A DNA stretch of 45,714 nucleotides from Spirosoma fluviale (lineage in GTDB: Bacteria; Bacteroidota; Bacteroidia; Cytophagales; Spirosomataceae), in the NCBI GenBank assembly GCA_945906915.1, contig CAMDSI010000001.1, positions 1 to 45,714 on the forward strand, in the 5' to 3' direction. The translations under genes were made by a program, and so were the position numbers. Shown here in pieces: positions 28,210 through 39,475 of the stretch. Position 1 is the first letter of the stretch. Each line of letters starts with the position of its first letter. Below the pieces are notes generated by a model. The model was not told the origin of the DNA. It ran no database searches and saw only the letters and a program-made list of their open reading frames with translations.

Positions 28210-29226
28210 CTAAATGGAATTAAGATACAAAGCTACGGTTTTCGTAGGATCAATTTTAGCACTAGCGGTTTTTATAAAAGACGCTAGATAAACAATTTCC
28301 TTAGGTACTTCAGCAGAGGCTAAATGGGAGTCAATAAAATCAGTATCCCAAACAATAGCTTCGACTGACTCAACAAATAAAACTACTTTCATTCCCCAAA
28401 AATCATCAGGAATTCCTGCCACAAATAATGGCACATTAGTCAATGAACTATATACCTGTTCTATGTTCTCAGGTTGAATTTTAAGTCCACCCGAATTAAT
28501 CACCCGATCTAAACGACCTGTCAATATAAATCGCCCGGGAGCCGTTATTTCTACCAGGTCGCGCGTCTGTATCCATTTATTTTCGGTTAATACGGAACAT
28601 ATAAGTAAGCAGGAGGTGTCGCTGACCGCAATTTGAACACCTGGAAGAATTTGAAAATGATCCTGATTCCAAACTCGGTAGGCGATATGTGAAACGGTCT
28701 CTGTCATTCCATAAGTTTCATAAACAGGGAATCCCATGTCCATGCGGAGTTTATCTGAAACCCGTGCGCCTCCTAAAAGAATACCTTTGGCAGTAGAAAA
28801 ATAGTTTTTAAAATTAATCCCTGAAGCTAATATCGTATTCCATTGCGTGGGAACGAAAGAAGTTAGATGAATATTCATTGGAGGAAGGTTTTCTAAGGGA
28901 TTTTGGCAAGGTTCTACTAAAATCAAACCTAAATCTAGAACTAGCGCTCTCACAAGCAACATGGCTCCCGCGATATAAGTAGGTGATAGAGATAAAAGCG
29001 CCACATCGCCTTGGGCTAATTTTAACCATTCACCTGTCATTTTTGCAGAAGCATACATGCGCTCCCGAGAAATTAAAATAGGCTTTGGATCCCCTGTAGA
29101 ACCGGAACTGTGAAATAAAAACGCTGTTTGACCTTCACGCCACTTCTGACAAAATTCGAACACTTGTTGCTCAAATTCCGATTCAGCTGGAGGCAATTCT
29201 AATAAAAGAGAGTGCAGGATGCGCAT
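28210..29226 (-). CDS. menE: O-succinylbenzoate--CoA ligase (short Bacteroidota form)
   Basis: SSGSTGDPK, YGMTET, GRLD..INSGG and TASAKID motifs; near menB. The start is likely ATG 29226 because a TAATTTTG element overlaps the TTG at 29247. Confidence 0.75.
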   Translation of the reverse strand: MRILHSLLLELPPAESEFEQQVFEFCQKWREGQTAFLFHSSGSTGDPKPILISRERMYASAKMTGEWLKLAQGDVALLSLSPTYIAGAMLLVRALVLDLGLILVEPCQNPLENLPPMNIHLTSFVPTQWNTILASGINFKNYFSTAKGILLGGARVSDKLRMDMGFPVYETYGMTETVSHIAYRVWNQDHFQILPGVQIAVSDTSCLLICSVLTENKWIQTRDLVEITAPGRFILTGRLDRVINSGGLKIQPENIEQVYSSLTNVPLFVAGIPDDFWGMKVVLFVESVEAIVWDTDFIDSHLASAEVPKEIVYLASFIKTASAKIDPTKTVALYLNSI

Positions 29227-29244
29227 ATAATCACAGATTCTTTC

Positions 29245-29273
29245 CAAAATTAACCAAACATTCTCTAATTTTG
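29245..29273. promoter_or_regulatory. Back-to-back divergent sigmaA -7 elements (menE / DUF2452-menB)
   Basis: TAATTTTG on the minus strand (29245-29252) and on the plus strand (29266-29273). Confidence 0.55.
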
Positions 29274-29310
29274 TGAGTTAATAAAGGGTAATCGTAAAGC
29301 CACCTACAAT

Positions 29311-29760
29311 ATGTCAGAAGATCCATTCTTAAATCCCATTAATCCAGACAAAGTAGCCGAAAACCCTGGCTTACTTCCTTATGCGCATACCGCAGGAGGG
29401 GCTGTCATAAAGCCGGACGATATGGGTAAGATAAAAGGTCGCTCCGTTCTAGCCATGCGCCAGCAAACGGATCGTCAAATGAATCAATTGTACGAGCAAA
29501 TGGAGGTTTTGGCTCGGCAAGCCAAGTTAATAGCGGATAGAAAAGAGATTTCTGAACGTATTTATGAAGCTGCCATGGGTTTCGAACCTATCATTAGCGA
29601 GACTTATTATTTATACGAAAAAGAAGATGGTTCAGACTTAATGTCCTTAGTGGCACCAGAAGAATGGGGTCGTTCTTTTAAATATAGCCGCTATTTAGCC
29701 AAAGTTAAATTATTAGCCGACCACACCTGGGAGGTAGAATACAACGATTCTCCCGCATAA
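29311..29760 (+). CDS. DUF2452 family protein
   Basis: LLPYAH, a coiled-coil segment, FEPI...[12 protein letters not shown] and LLADHTW. Confidence 0.75.
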   Translation: MSEDPFLNPINPDKVAENPGLLPYAHTAGGAVIKPDDMGKIKGRSVLAMRQQTDRQMNQLYEQMEVLARQAKLIADRKEISERIYEAAMGFEPIISETYYLYEKEDGSDLMSLVAPEEWGRSFKYSRYLAKVKLLADHTWEVEYNDSPA

Positions 29761-29776
29761 CAAATCGATTAAACTT

Positions 29777-30601
29777 ATGATTTCAACATTCGCTTGGGAA
29801 ACCATCAAAACATACGAGGATATTTTGTTTCAATTCTATAACGGAATTGCTAAAATTTCCATTAACAGGCCACAAAAGCACAATGCCTTTACGCCATTAA
29901 CGGTTCAGGAAATGTCTGAGGCCATGGAATTAGCTCGTCAAGATCCACGTGTAGGTGTAGTTATTTTAACAGGCGAAGGCGGAAAAGCCTTCTGTTCTGG
30001 AGGAGATCAAAGCGTTCGTGGAGATGGTGGTTATATCGGAAAAGATACGGTACCTCGTTTAAATGTATTAGATCTTCAACGTCAGATCAGAACTATCCCT
30101 AAACCCGTTATCGCTATGGTAGCAGGTTGGGCGATCGGTGGTGGACACGTTTTACATGTCATTTGTGATTTATCTATTGCCGCTGAAAATGCACGATTTG
30201 GACAAACTGGTCCTAATGTAGGTTCATTTGACGGAGGTTTTGGCGCCTCTTATCTAGCGCGTGTTGTTGGTCAAAAGAAAGCTCGTGAAATTTGGTTTCT
30301 TTGCGATCAATACGATGCTAAAGAGGCATTAGATATGGGATTAGTGAACAAAGTCGTTCCTTTAGAAGAGTTAGAAAAGACCACCGTAGCGTGGTGCGAG
30401 AAGATATTAGAAAAGAGTCCACTTGCTTTACGCATGTTAAAATCTGCATTTAACGCAGAATTAGATGGTCAAGCAGGAATCCAGGAATTAGCTGGAAATG
30501 CCACCTTATTGTATTATTTATCAGACGAGGCTAAAGAAGGAAAAAATGCTTTCCTTGAAAAACGCAAACCCGATTTCTCTAAATTCCCTAAATTCCCCTA
30601 A
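29777..30601 (+). CDS. menB: 1,4-dihydroxy-2-naphthoyl-CoA synthase
   Basis: [25 protein letters not shown] and [12 protein letters not shown] motifs. Confidence 0.97.
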   Translation: MISTFAWETIKTYEDILFQFYNGIAKISINRPQKHNAFTPLTVQEMSEAMELARQDPRVGVVILTGEGGKAFCSGGDQSVRGDGGYIGKDTVPRLNVLDLQRQIRTIPKPVIAMVAGWAIGGGHVLHVICDLSIAAENARFGQTGPNVGSFDGGFGASYLARVVGQKKAREIWFLCDQYDAKEALDMGLVNKVVPLEELEKTTVAWCEKILEKSPLALRMLKSAFNAELDGQAGIQELAGNATLLYYLSDEAKEGKNAFLEKRKPDFSKFPKFP

Positions 30602-31009
30602 ATGATGAATTATTGGTTAGTAAAATCTGAACCATTCAAATATTCTTGGGATGATTTCGTTAAGGAGGGGAAATCTGTTTGGGACGGAGTTCGCAATTAC
30701 CAAGCTAGGAATAACATGATGGCCATGAAAAAAGGCGATTGGGTCTTTTTTTACCACTCAAACGAAGGAATGGAAGTCATTGGACTAGCAGAAGTAAAAA
30801 AGGAACATTTTCCAGATCCAACGACGGAAGATCCTCGCTGGGTGGTGGTAGAATTAATTCCTATTAAAAAATTCGCTAAAACGGTAACCTTAAAAGCGAT
30901 GAAAGCGGATGATAGATTAAGTGGTTTAGCTTTAATCAAGCAATCGCGTTTATCTGTAACTCCCGTCGCTAAAGCAGAATTCGATATTATTTTAAGCCTA
31001 GCAGAATAA
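30602..31009 (+). CDS. EVE domain-containing protein
   Basis: YWLVKSEP, WDGVRNYQARN, FFYHS and RLSVTPV motifs. Confidence 0.93.
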   Translation: MMNYWLVKSEPFKYSWDDFVKEGKSVWDGVRNYQARNNMMAMKKGDWVFFYHSNEGMEVIGLAEVKKEHFPDPTTEDPRWVVVELIPIKKFAKTVTLKAMKADDRLSGLALIKQSRLSVTPVAKAEFDIILSLAE

Positions 31010-31011
31010 AT

Positions 31012-32619
31012 ATGAAATCGATTCGCCTACTACTCGCCTTAGTCATTTGTCATTTAAGCACATTCGCCCAAGAAATGAAGCGAATTGAATTTCCAGTGGG
31101 AGGATCTCAAATGGAAACATTTTCCATTCCAATAGGCGAAAAAGGAGTAATTGTATTAACTCATTTAGGCAAAGCTGAATTCAATATTCGAAAATTCAAT
31201 GCAGATTTAGATCAGGTGTGGATGAATCAGGGAAGTGTAGATGGAAATCTTGACTATGTAACCCATTGTTATGATGGAAATCGCCTTTATTTATTATTTA
31301 GCCGTTTTAAAAGTAATAACTATTATATCGTTCGAGTAAACCCTAGCGATGGAAAATTAGAAAAGTTCCAGATTTTCTCAGTGGAAAAAATGGAAATTTC
31401 AAATTTTAAAGCCCTAAACCAATCGCTATTTATAGGTGGAGTGGTCAACAATACTCCAGTTATTTTATTCACTAATTTAACTGAGAAAAGGACGCGTATT
31501 TTACCTGCAGTTGTGAATGGTCAAGCCGAAATCCAATCAATGGATTTAGATACAGTTCAACAGCAAATTAATGTCGTTTATTCTGTAGGTAAAAAAGCAA
31601 AGAGCTACCAGCTAATTTTGAAATCATTTGACGAGGATGGAAATCAATTAGGGCAGGTAATTATGAATCCACAAGAGGAGTATGCCCAAATGAATGCCAA
31701 ATCCACTCAATTAAATGATTCTTTGCAAGTAGTTATGGGCACTTATGGCCACAAGAATACGATTGGTTCTTCAAAAGGCCCTAGTTCTCAAGGTTTGTAT
31801 TTTAGCTCCTACCTAGATGGAGAATTACAAGAATCTAAGTTCCACAGCTTTACTCAATTCAATAATTTCTTTAATTTCTTAGGTGAGAAACAAAAAAGCA
31901 AACAGGAAAAAAAGATCAAAAGTAAAGAAGATAAAGGAGAAGAACTTCGGTTAGATTACCGATTATTAATGCATGAACTTATTAAAAAGGGAGATCATTA
32001 TATCATTGTTGCGGAAGCCTTTTATCCAGATTATAAATACATGAATTATTCGCCATTTGGCAGCAATATGGCTATGCTAGGAGGAGGACTCTATTCGCCA
32101 TGGAATATGTTATACAATCCTTACCGCTGGGGTTATGGTAATTATGGGTTGTACTCACCATTCTCAAGTTATTATAGTCCTTGGGGATATCGAGGTATTA
32201 ATTCGTATAGTAATTCTCAGCAATTCGACGGCTGGATCTATACCCACGCGGTGATTGCAGAAATAGACGAAAAAGGTAACTTATTATGGGATCATTCTAT
32301 TGATTTGAATAATATCAAAGAAGATAAGTTAATTCAAAAAATCAAGACCTCTTTGCATGGGGATATTCTTACTTTATCTTACCAAAGAGGCAACCATATA
32401 ATTTCTAAATACATCACCGCTGCAGGACAGTCAGGAGAGGAGAAAATACAAGAATTAAGTTCCCAAAACGAAGGAGATAAAATTCGTCGTCAAGAAAAGT
32501 CCGATTTGAACTACTGGTATGGTACTAACTTCCTTGCTGTGGGAAATCAAACCATCAGCAATTCAGATGAAGGACGCCGTTCAGTTTACTTCCTAACTAA
32601 AATCCCATTGAACCCCTAA
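31012..32619 (+). CDS. Secreted hypothetical protein with a Tyr/Gly/Pro/Trp-rich insert
   Basis: Signal peptide and a beta-rich body, with a Lys-rich segment and repeated YSP(F/W) motifs. Confidence 0.75.
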   Translation: MKSIRLLLALVICHLSTFAQEMKRIEFPVGGSQMETFSIPIGEKGVIVLTHLGKAEFNIRKFNADLDQVWMNQGSVDGNLDYVTHCYDGNRLYLLFSRFKSNNYYIVRVNPSDGKLEKFQIFSVEKMEISNFKALNQSLFIGGVVNNTPVILFTNLTEKRTRILPAVVNGQAEIQSMDLDTVQQQINVVYSVGKKAKSYQLILKSFDEDGNQLGQVIMNPQEEYAQMNAKSTQLNDSLQVVMGTYGHKNTIGSSKGPSSQGLYFSSYLDGELQESKFHSFTQFNNFFNFLGEKQKSKQEKKIKSKEDKGEELRLDYRLLMHELIKKGDHYIIVAEAFYPDYKYMNYSPFGSNMAMLGGGLYSPWNMLYNPYRWGYGNYGLYSPFSSYYSPWGYRGINSYSNSQQFDGWIYTHAVIAEIDEKGNLLWDHSIDLNNIKEDKLIQKIKTSLHGDILTLSYQRGNHIISKYITAAGQSGEEKIQELSSQNEGDKIRRQEKSDLNYWYGTNFLAVGNQTISNSDEGRRSVYFLTKIPLNP

Positions 32620-32622
32620 AAT

Positions 32623-33528
32623 TTGAAAAATCTAGCCTCTATTGCCATCGAAACACCTGCCTTTTGGGGTAAAAATTATGAATTAATCGATTCAGGTGGC
32701 TTCGAGAAATTAGAACAATTCGGTGCTTTTGTCGTGAGACGCCCTGAACCGCAGGCTGTTTGGCAAAAATCGCTTTCTGAAGAATTCTGGGCAAGCAAAG
32801 CTCATGCTTATTTTAGTAAAGAAAAAGGTAGTTCAGAGCGCGGTGTTTGGGAAGTAAAAAAGGGAGTACCTGATAAATGGTTCATGCCTTATAAGTCTGA
32901 TACCTTAGATCTAAACTTTAAGATTTCTTTATCCTCGTTCAAACACGTAGGAATTTTCCCTGAGCAAGCTTCCAATTGGGAGTTTTTAGCAAAAAACATT
33001 CCCTTACTGAAAACGCCAAAACCGAAAATATTAAATCTATTTGCCTATACGGGTGGTGCCAGTTTAGCATGTAAGCAAGTAGGAGCGGACGTAACTCACG
33101 TAGATTCTGTTAAACCAGTTTTATCTTGGGCTAGGGAAAATATGGAAGTGTCTAAGCTAGATAACATCCGTTGGATGGCTGAAGATGCACTAAAATTTGT
33201 TAAACGGGAAGCCAGACGAGGTAATTTCTACCAAGGAATCCTATTAGATCCTCCCGCTTATGGACGTGGTCCAGAAGGCGAAAAATGGGTGTTGGAAGAG
33301 CAAATTGATGATATGTTGCGATCCGTGAAAGAAATTTTAGATCCGAAAGAGCATATTTTATTAACCAACGTCTACTCGCTGGGTTTCTCGACTTTGGTCG
33401 TAGAAAATTTAATGAAGGGTATATTCAACGTACCCGATATCGCTGAATCGGGGGAGATCTATTTGAATGATGAATACGATAAAAAACTACCACTAGGAGT
33501 CTTTTATCGCTATCTATATCAATCTTAG
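32623..33528 (+). CDS. Class I SAM-dependent methyltransferase (RlmI/RlmK-like catalytic domain)
   Basis: [17 protein letters not shown] and LDPPAYGRG motifs; TTG start. Confidence 0.85.
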   Translation: MKNLASIAIETPAFWGKNYELIDSGGFEKLEQFGAFVVRRPEPQAVWQKSLSEEFWASKAHAYFSKEKGSSERGVWEVKKGVPDKWFMPYKSDTLDLNFKISLSSFKHVGIFPEQASNWEFLAKNIPLLKTPKPKILNLFAYTGGASLACKQVGADVTHVDSVKPVLSWARENMEVSKLDNIRWMAEDALKFVKREARRGNFYQGILLDPPAYGRGPEGEKWVLEEQIDDMLRSVKEILDPKEHILLTNVYSLGFSTLVVENLMKGIFNVPDIAESGEIYLNDEYDKKLPLGVFYRYLYQS

Positions 33529-34415
33529 TTCTTTGGATAAATCACACCCTTAGCGGCTAAAAGTGTATTTTTCATAAGTGAAACGATGGTCATGGGACCT
33601 ACGCCTTTGGGAACAGGAGTAATGTATGAACACTTAGGAGCCACATCATTAAAATCAACATCCCCCTTTAAAGCGAAGCCGGATTTTTTAGTGGCATCTT
33701 CTACGCGGGTTAAACCTACGTCAATAACTACGGCACCCGATTTAATATGTGCCGCTTTTATAAAATCTGGTTTCCCTAAAGCTGCGATAACAATATCTCC
33801 TTGTGCGCAAATCTCGGCTAAATTAGGCGTTCTCGAGTGTGTTAAAGTTACAGTACAGTTTCCTACTGGGTGATTACGTTGCATCAAGATGGACATAGGC
33901 AAGCCCACGATTTGGGAACGACCTACCACCACACAATGCTTTCCGGCAGTTTCTATTTTGTAATAGGCTAATAAATCTAAAACACCTTGTGGAGTAGCAG
34001 AGATATAAGCTGGTAAACCTTTCGCCATTCGGCCAATATTGATAGGGTGGAAGCCATCCACATCTTTCGAAGGATGAATAGTTTCCATTACTTTATCTGG
34101 ATTAATATGGGCTGGAAGAGGCAATTGAACAATCAAACCATCCATATCAGGATTATCATTCACCTTCTGAACTTCAGCTAATAAATCAGCTTCAGAGATC
34201 GATGGATCAAAACGTAACAGGGTAGAAGCAAAACCTACTTCTTCACAAGACTTTACTTTATTAGCGACATAGGTCTCAGATGCGCCATTATTACCGACAA
34301 GAATAGCCACTAGATGCGGGGCTTTTTGGCCGGCACCAACCATTTCTTTTACTTCTTCACCGATGGCAATTTTCATTGATTCCGCCACCATTTTACCATC
34401 AATAATCTGACTCAT
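33525..34415 (-). CDS. folD: Bifunctional methylenetetrahydrofolate dehydrogenase/cyclohydrolase
   Basis: [26 protein letters not shown] and [11 protein letters not shown] motifs. Confidence 0.97.
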   Translation of the reverse strand: MSQIIDGKMVAESMKIAIGEEVKEMVGAGQKAPHLVAILVGNNGASETYVANKVKSCEEVGFASTLLRFDPSISEADLLAEVQKVNDNPDMDGLIVQLPLPAHINPDKVMETIHPSKDVDGFHPINIGRMAKGLPAYISATPQGVLDLLAYYKIETAGKHCVVVGRSQIVGLPMSILMQRNHPVGNCTVTLTHSRTPNLAEICAQGDIVIAALGKPDFIKAAHIKSGAVVIDVGLTRVEDATKKSGFALKGDVDFNDVAPKCSYITPVPKGVGPMTIVSLMKNTLLAAKGVIYPKN

Positions 34416-34419
34416 TAGC

Positions 34420-36909
34420 TTATTTTTTACGTGCTTTCTTAGGTGCAGGAGCAGCGTCGCCTAAAGCTAAACACTCCTCTAATGTTAAATCTGCTGGTTC
34501 TGTTCCTTTCGGAATCTTTACATTTCTTTTTCCAATTTGAATATAGGGTCCATACATGCCATTTACAACCTTTACAGACTCATTTTCAGCAAATTCTTTA
34601 ATAAATTTATTCGCTTCTACTTTACGCTTTGCCTCAATTAATTCAATCGCACGTTCTTGATCGATAGTTGCTAAATTATCTGTTTTGGCCAAAGAATAAT
34701 ACTTCCCATTATGCTTGACATAAGGCCCGAAACGACCTTTACCCGTCTCAATTAAGGAATCCTCAAAATATCCTAATCCACCCGCTTCCGCATCTTTTAA
34801 TGCTTGTGCAATAACTTCAATGGCTTGATCCATTTCAATGGTAAAAGGATCGTGCGTATCTGGCAAACTCGTAAACTTACCATCATATTTAATATATGGA
34901 CCTAATTTACCCGCTCCGATAATAACCGGCATATCGTTATGAATACCTACTTCACGCGGCAATTTAGGTCGTTCTAATAAGGCCAAAGCCTCTTCAAACG
35001 TTAGGGTGCTCACGGCTTGTGACTTCATCAAATTCGCAAAGACAGGCTTTTCTTCTTCCGAAGATTCCCCTAACTGAACGAAAGGACCAAATTTACCTAA
35101 ACGAACAGAAACTAATCGACCCGTTTTAGGATCAACTCCTAATTCACGACCACCACCTACAGAACTACGATTAATTGATTTAGAATCTTCAATGGTTTGG
35201 TGGAAAGACTTATAGAAATTCTTCATTAAAGTCGTCCACTCTAATTTACCTTTGGCAATATTATCAAATTCATCCTCCATCTCCGCAGTGAAGGTATAAT
35301 CGACCACATTCTCAAAATTCTCCACTAGGAAGTCAGTCACTAAAGTACCAATGTGTGAAGGGAATAACTTCGATTTCTCTGTCCCAACAATTTCTGATGC
35401 TTTTGTCCCAGCAATCTCATTATTTGAAAGAACCCAAGTTTGAAACTCGCGCTCTCTACCAGGCCGATCTTCTTTCACTACGTAAGCACGCTTAATAATA
35501 GTAGAAATCGTAGGCGCATAGGTAGAAGGGCGACCGATGCCTTTTTCTTCCAAAGCCTTTACTAAACTAGCCTCCGTATATCGAGGAGCAGCTCTAGAAA
35601 AGCGCTCCTGAGCCTTCATTTCATCTAAATCTAATACTTGACCTACATTCAATGGAGGCAACATATCTTTATTCTCATCCTCCTCGTCCTCATCCTTACC
35701 TTCTAAATAAGCCTTCAAAAATCCTTCAAAAGCAATCACTTCCCCTTGCGCTGATAAAAGCTCGGGAGTCGTTGAAATATCAATTAAAGCCGTCGTACGC
35801 TCGATTAAGGCATCTGCCATTTGAGACGCAATTGCGCGCTTCCAAATTAATTCATATAAACGCTTTTCTCTTGCATCACCTGTAATACTATGATTAGCGA
35901 AATCCGTTGGACGGATGGCTTCGTGAGCCTCTTGTGCATTTTCAGCTTTAGTTTTAAACTGACGACCGTAATGGAACTTAGCACCATAAGCTGATTCAAT
36001 CTCAGCTTTAGCTTTATCTCGCGCTTCTTGGGATAACATGGTAGAATCGGTACGCATATAAGTGATGCGGCCAGATTCGTATAATTTTTGGGCTACAGAC
36101 ATCGTCGTAGCTACAGCAAATCCCAATTTACGGGACGCTTCTTGCTGTAAGGTGGATGTGGTAAATGGGGGAGCTGGGGACTTTTTAGCTGGTTTAGTTT
36201 CTAAACTCTTGATGCTAAAGGCAGCGCCAACACATCTTTTAAGGAAGTCTAATGCCTCATTTTCTTTAGCAAAAGCCTTCGACAATTCTGCCTTTAAGAC
36301 TTTTTTTCCAGGTAAATCAAAGTGAGCTACCACTTTAAAGGTGGCAATGGATGCGTGATTTTCAATTTCACGCTCTCTTTCTACAATCAACCGAACGGCT
36401 ACGGATTGAACACGACCCGCGGATAAACCTTTTTGAACTTTAGACCAAAGTACCGGCGACAACTCAAATCCGATCAAGCGATCCATAATTCGACGAGCCT
36501 GCTGCGCATTCACTAAGTCCATATCAATGGTTCTTGGTTGCGTAATGGCATGTAAAATCGCTGGCTTTGTAATCTCGCGAAAAACAATGCGCTTCGCGTT
36601 ATCTTTCAATCCTAACGCTTCTTTTAAATGCCACGAAATAGCTTCTCCCTCGCGGTCATCATCCGTTGCTAACCAAACTTCTTCGGCAGATTTCGCTAAA
36701 CTTTTTAACTCCGAAATAACTTTAGTCTTATCCGCAGAAACAACATAGGTAGGAGCGAAGTCATTATCTACATCAATGGCTTTATCACCTTTTATAGGCA
36801 AATCTCGAACGTGACCAAAAGAAGACTTCACCACGAAATCCTTCCCCAAATATCCTTCTATGGTCTTTGCTTTTGCTGGAGACTCGACGATGACTAAATT
36901 TTTTGCCAT
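34420..36909 (-). CDS. topA: Type IA DNA topoisomerase I with Topo_C_Rpt C-terminal repeats
   Basis: [23 protein letters not shown] and ITYMRTD motifs. Four G-x-(F/L/Y)-GP(F/Y) repeats and no Zn ribbons. Confidence 0.97.
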   Translation of the reverse strand: MAKNLVIVESPAKAKTIEGYLGKDFVVKSSFGHVRDLPIKGDKAIDVDNDFAPTYVVSADKTKVISELKSLAKSAEEVWLATDDDREGEAISWHLKEALGLKDNAKRIVFREITKPAILHAITQPRTIDMDLVNAQQARRIMDRLIGFELSPVLWSKVQKGLSAGRVQSVAVRLIVEREREIENHASIATFKVVAHFDLPGKKVLKAELSKAFAKENEALDFLKRCVGAAFSIKSLETKPAKKSPAPPFTTSTLQQEASRKLGFAVATTMSVAQKLYESGRITYMRTDSTMLSQEARDKAKAEIESAYGAKFHYGRQFKTKAENAQEAHEAIRPTDFANHSITGDAREKRLYELIWKRAIASQMADALIERTTALIDISTTPELLSAQGEVIAFEGFLKAYLEGKDEDEEDENKDMLPPLNVGQVLDLDEMKAQERFSRAAPRYTEASLVKALEEKGIGRPSTYAPTISTIIKRAYVVKEDRPGREREFQTWVLSNNEIAGTKASEIVGTEKSKLFPSHIGTLVTDFLVENFENVVDYTFTAEMEDEFDNIAKGKLEWTTLMKNFYKSFHQTIEDSKSINRSSVGGGRELGVDPKTGRLVSVRLGKFGPFVQLGESSEEEKPVFANLMKSQAVSTLTFEEALALLERPKLPREVGIHNDMPVIIGAGKLGPYIKYDGKFTSLPDTHDPFTIEMDQAIEVIAQALKDAEAGGLGYFEDSLIETGKGRFGPYVKHNGKYYSLAKTDNLATIDQERAIELIEAKRKVEANKFIKEFAENESVKVVNGMYGPYIQIGKRNVKIPKGTEPADLTLEECLALGDAAPAPKKARKK

Positions 36910-36945
36910 TATGCTGATTAGAAAATGAAATACTTAACACGAGTC

Positions 36946-36973
36946 CAAATATAAGGGCTCTAAATTTAACAAA
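36946..36973 (-). promoter_or_regulatory. sigmaA promoter for topA
   Basis: TTTG (36973-36970) followed by TATATTTG (36953-36946). Confidence 0.5.
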
Positions 36974-37006
36974 GAGTCAAAAATTGCCGAAAGGCGAAAA
37001 AAAATA

Positions 37007-39304
37007 TTAATCCGGGATATTTCCAATACGAATTCGAGAATTAATATTCACCCTAAAACCGATGTAACTAAACTCGCCATTTATAAAGTTGGCGATTGCT
37101 TCTAAACGAAAAACTTTAAACACGCCATCTAAGCCATAGCCTAATTCAGTATAGAGTAAATTTTGATTTTGGACGTAATTAGCATTAGCAATTAAAACCT
37201 CCTTTACATATAACTTTTTCATACCTAAAAGCGGCTTTAACCACAGATTGGAAAACTGAAAAAAGCTAAGGGCCTCTACATAAGATCCCGCTGTTGAATT
37301 AGCATAATGATTCACATTTAGACGTTGATTAGATCCTCCCGTTAAATTCTGATAATAACCCACTAATCGATGAGAACCTAACATTTCTCCTGCTTGAATT
37401 AGGTTTAATGATCCGTTATAATGCTTAAAATCAATGAAATAGGTTGGTTTATTTCCCAAGAAAGTACCCGCATTAACTATTAAACCCATTTTAATCCAAG
37501 GATTCACTTCAATATTATGTAAATAGGACAGTTCCAATTGATTAAAATCTGTTGACGAACCAAACACATCTTTCCATCCTGCCCTATATTTAGCTAATAA
37601 TAGGGGAGATGAACCCCAATCAGTTAAGCGCGTATTAGCGCGATAAATTTGAGTTAAAAAGGGCCTAAAACCTACCTGCAATTGTGTTATAAATGATTTA
37701 TGCGTAGCAAATCCATCTGTTTTATATTCTGAATTAGTAGGATTATTAGGTTGATACTCACGATTAAGAAAATTAATCCAATAATAATCCGTGGTATTAT
37801 CCATTTGACTTCTTTCCGAATATTCAATTAAAGATTTCAAGAAGAATCGAGCAGAGAATCGTTTTGTGAAATTTAATGAGGTGAACTTTGTCCGATAAAT
37901 CTTCATCTGGTTATTCTTTAAAAGCAAAGTAGACAGCGAATTCATCTCTGGAGAAATGGTATTTTCAGGATTATATTGGGCTACAAAATCTGCGTTTGTA
38001 AACAATAAATCAAATGAATCAGCTCGATAACGTAATTTAACCAAACCTGAATTACGGTTAATGCCAAAGGCTCTACGGCCTAAAACCTCTGCTTCTAACC
38101 AATGGTAGCGTGACCAACGCTTACGAAAAACAAGTCCTGTATTAGCCACAAAACCTTCCACCGTATTGAAATTGGAATCAAAGACCGGGGACTTTAAATA
38201 AATCTCAAACGGATAAAAATCCCGCTTAAACTTTCCGAAATAGAACGAATTACTCAAAATCAATTGAGTCAGATTAAATGGTCTTACTCTAAAGCTATCA
38301 ATTAAAACCTCCTTACTTGTAATTCCGGGAACCTCATTAAAGAAAACAGGATTCAAGCTCGTGGATTGATCCGTTTTCTTAAAATAAACCGAATCAATCA
38401 TCAATAAATTAGACGTAGGCCGCTGCTTCCATTTAAGGAGTAAGGAACCATGTAAATTGGTCAAAAACTGATTAGCAAATGTTTCATCAAAGGCTACAGC
38501 AGAGATATTTAAAGTTTCCGATGGATTCGTAGGTTCAGTAAACAAACGCGGGTTAAAGGTCCATTGCTCAGGTGAACCTAAGGTCTCTTGTTCCCATATA
38601 TATTCCCCATCACTTCCTAGTAATCCTGCCACAAGTCTAATTTGCCCTCTTTTAGGAAGCCATTTTCCTTGATAATATTGATGAATTAAATCAAATTGAT
38701 AATCGATCGCATCAGCAAATACAGCGCCTTGAAAACGAACAATCCATCCAGCTTCATCTAACGTTAATGTACCCTTGAACAGGTGATCACGTCTTAACTT
38801 AGGTTCCACCTGAAATTGAAGACATTTTTTACCTTCTATTAACGTATCACCTTTGAAATTAAAAAGATAGTAGGATTTTGCTTGAAAACTCAACGGAGAT
38901 ACACAGGAGGATCCTACATAGTCTTGGTATAAATCTGGCCAAAGAAACAACGTAGGTTTGGCATATTTCTTGTGAAAAGTTTGAACCGATTCAATACCAT
39001 GAATCATTTGATTTAAATGACCTATATGTACCTCAGATATGGTTTGATTACCGTACCATTGACCCATTTGAATTCCTTCTTTTGCAGCCAATCGTTTTCT
39101 AGCTATACCAATTACCCGATTAAACCGGGCTTTTTCCTGCACCTTAACACGTATTTTAAAGGAACCGATAGCTTGTCCATGTTCATCTGCTGAGTGCAAT
39201 GCATTTTCTAAAACTGAGGAGGGAGATAGGGATTGAGCTTGAGCTTCATTCTGTGAAAAATGAAAAAAACATCCAATCAAAAGGAATATTTTCAAATAGT
39301 TCAA
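37007..39304 (-). CDS. DUF5686-like outer-membrane protein, apparently lacking the usual CarboxypepD_reg-like N-terminal domain
   Basis: Signal peptide; VSPLS..AKSYYLF, FNTVEGF, FIDFKHYNG and YTELGYGLD..FKVFRLE motifs; amphipathic beta-strands; TTG start. Confidence 0.65.
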   Translation of the reverse strand: MNYLKIFLLIGCFFHFSQNEAQAQSLSPSSVLENALHSADEHGQAIGSFKIRVKVQEKARFNRVIGIARKRLAAKEGIQMGQWYGNQTISEVHIGHLNQMIHGIESVQTFHKKYAKPTLFLWPDLYQDYVGSSCVSPLSFQAKSYYLFNFKGDTLIEGKKCLQFQVEPKLRRDHLFKGTLTLDEAGWIVRFQGAVFADAIDYQFDLIHQYYQGKWLPKRGQIRLVAGLLGSDGEYIWEQETLGSPEQWTFNPRLFTEPTNPSETLNISAVAFDETFANQFLTNLHGSLLLKWKQRPTSNLLMIDSVYFKKTDQSTSLNPVFFNEVPGITSKEVLIDSFRVRPFNLTQLILSNSFYFGKFKRDFYPFEIYLKSPVFDSNFNTVEGFVANTGLVFRKRWSRYHWLEAEVLGRRAFGINRNSGLVKLRYRADSFDLLFTNADFVAQYNPENTISPEMNSLSTLLLKNNQMKIYRTKFTSLNFTKRFSARFFLKSLIEYSERSQMDNTTDYYWINFLNREYQPNNPTNSEYKTDGFATHKSFITQLQVGFRPFLTQIYRANTRLTDWGSSPLLLAKYRAGWKDVFGSSTDFNQLELSYLHNIEVNPWIKMGLIVNAGTFLGNKPTYFIDFKHYNGSLNLIQAGEMLGSHRLVGYYQNLTGGSNQRLNVNHYANSTAGSYVEALSFFQFSNLWLKPLLGMKKLYVKEVLIANANYVQNQNLLYTELGYGLDGVFKVFRLEAIANFINGEFSYIGFRVNINSRIRIGNIPD

Positions 39305-39475
39305 GCGGATTGTAGATTTAAAAGTTAAAATAGTCCTATTTAAAATAGATTAAATCAAGCAATAGAACAAAGTTCTTAATAATTAATTAACAAAGGAAAT
39401 GTTATCCTACAAATAGTGGCAAATTTGAAGCTAATCTATTAATTTTGTAAACATTTTTTACATAACAATTTTACC

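Noticed and set aside
30602-31009. EVE protein as part of a modification-dependent restriction/defence system
   Set aside because: It is a stand-alone EVE with no nuclease or ATPase partner, in a housekeeping context.
36984-36998. TTGCC-GAAA-GGCGA mini-hairpin after the DUF5686 gene
   Set aside because: The stem is too short to call confidently as a terminator or REP unit.
39305-39475. AT-rich palindromes (e.g. CTATTTAAAATAG) upstream of aconitase as a Fur box or IRE-like site
   Set aside because: Such palindromes are expected by chance in very AT-rich DNA and show no convincing consensus match.
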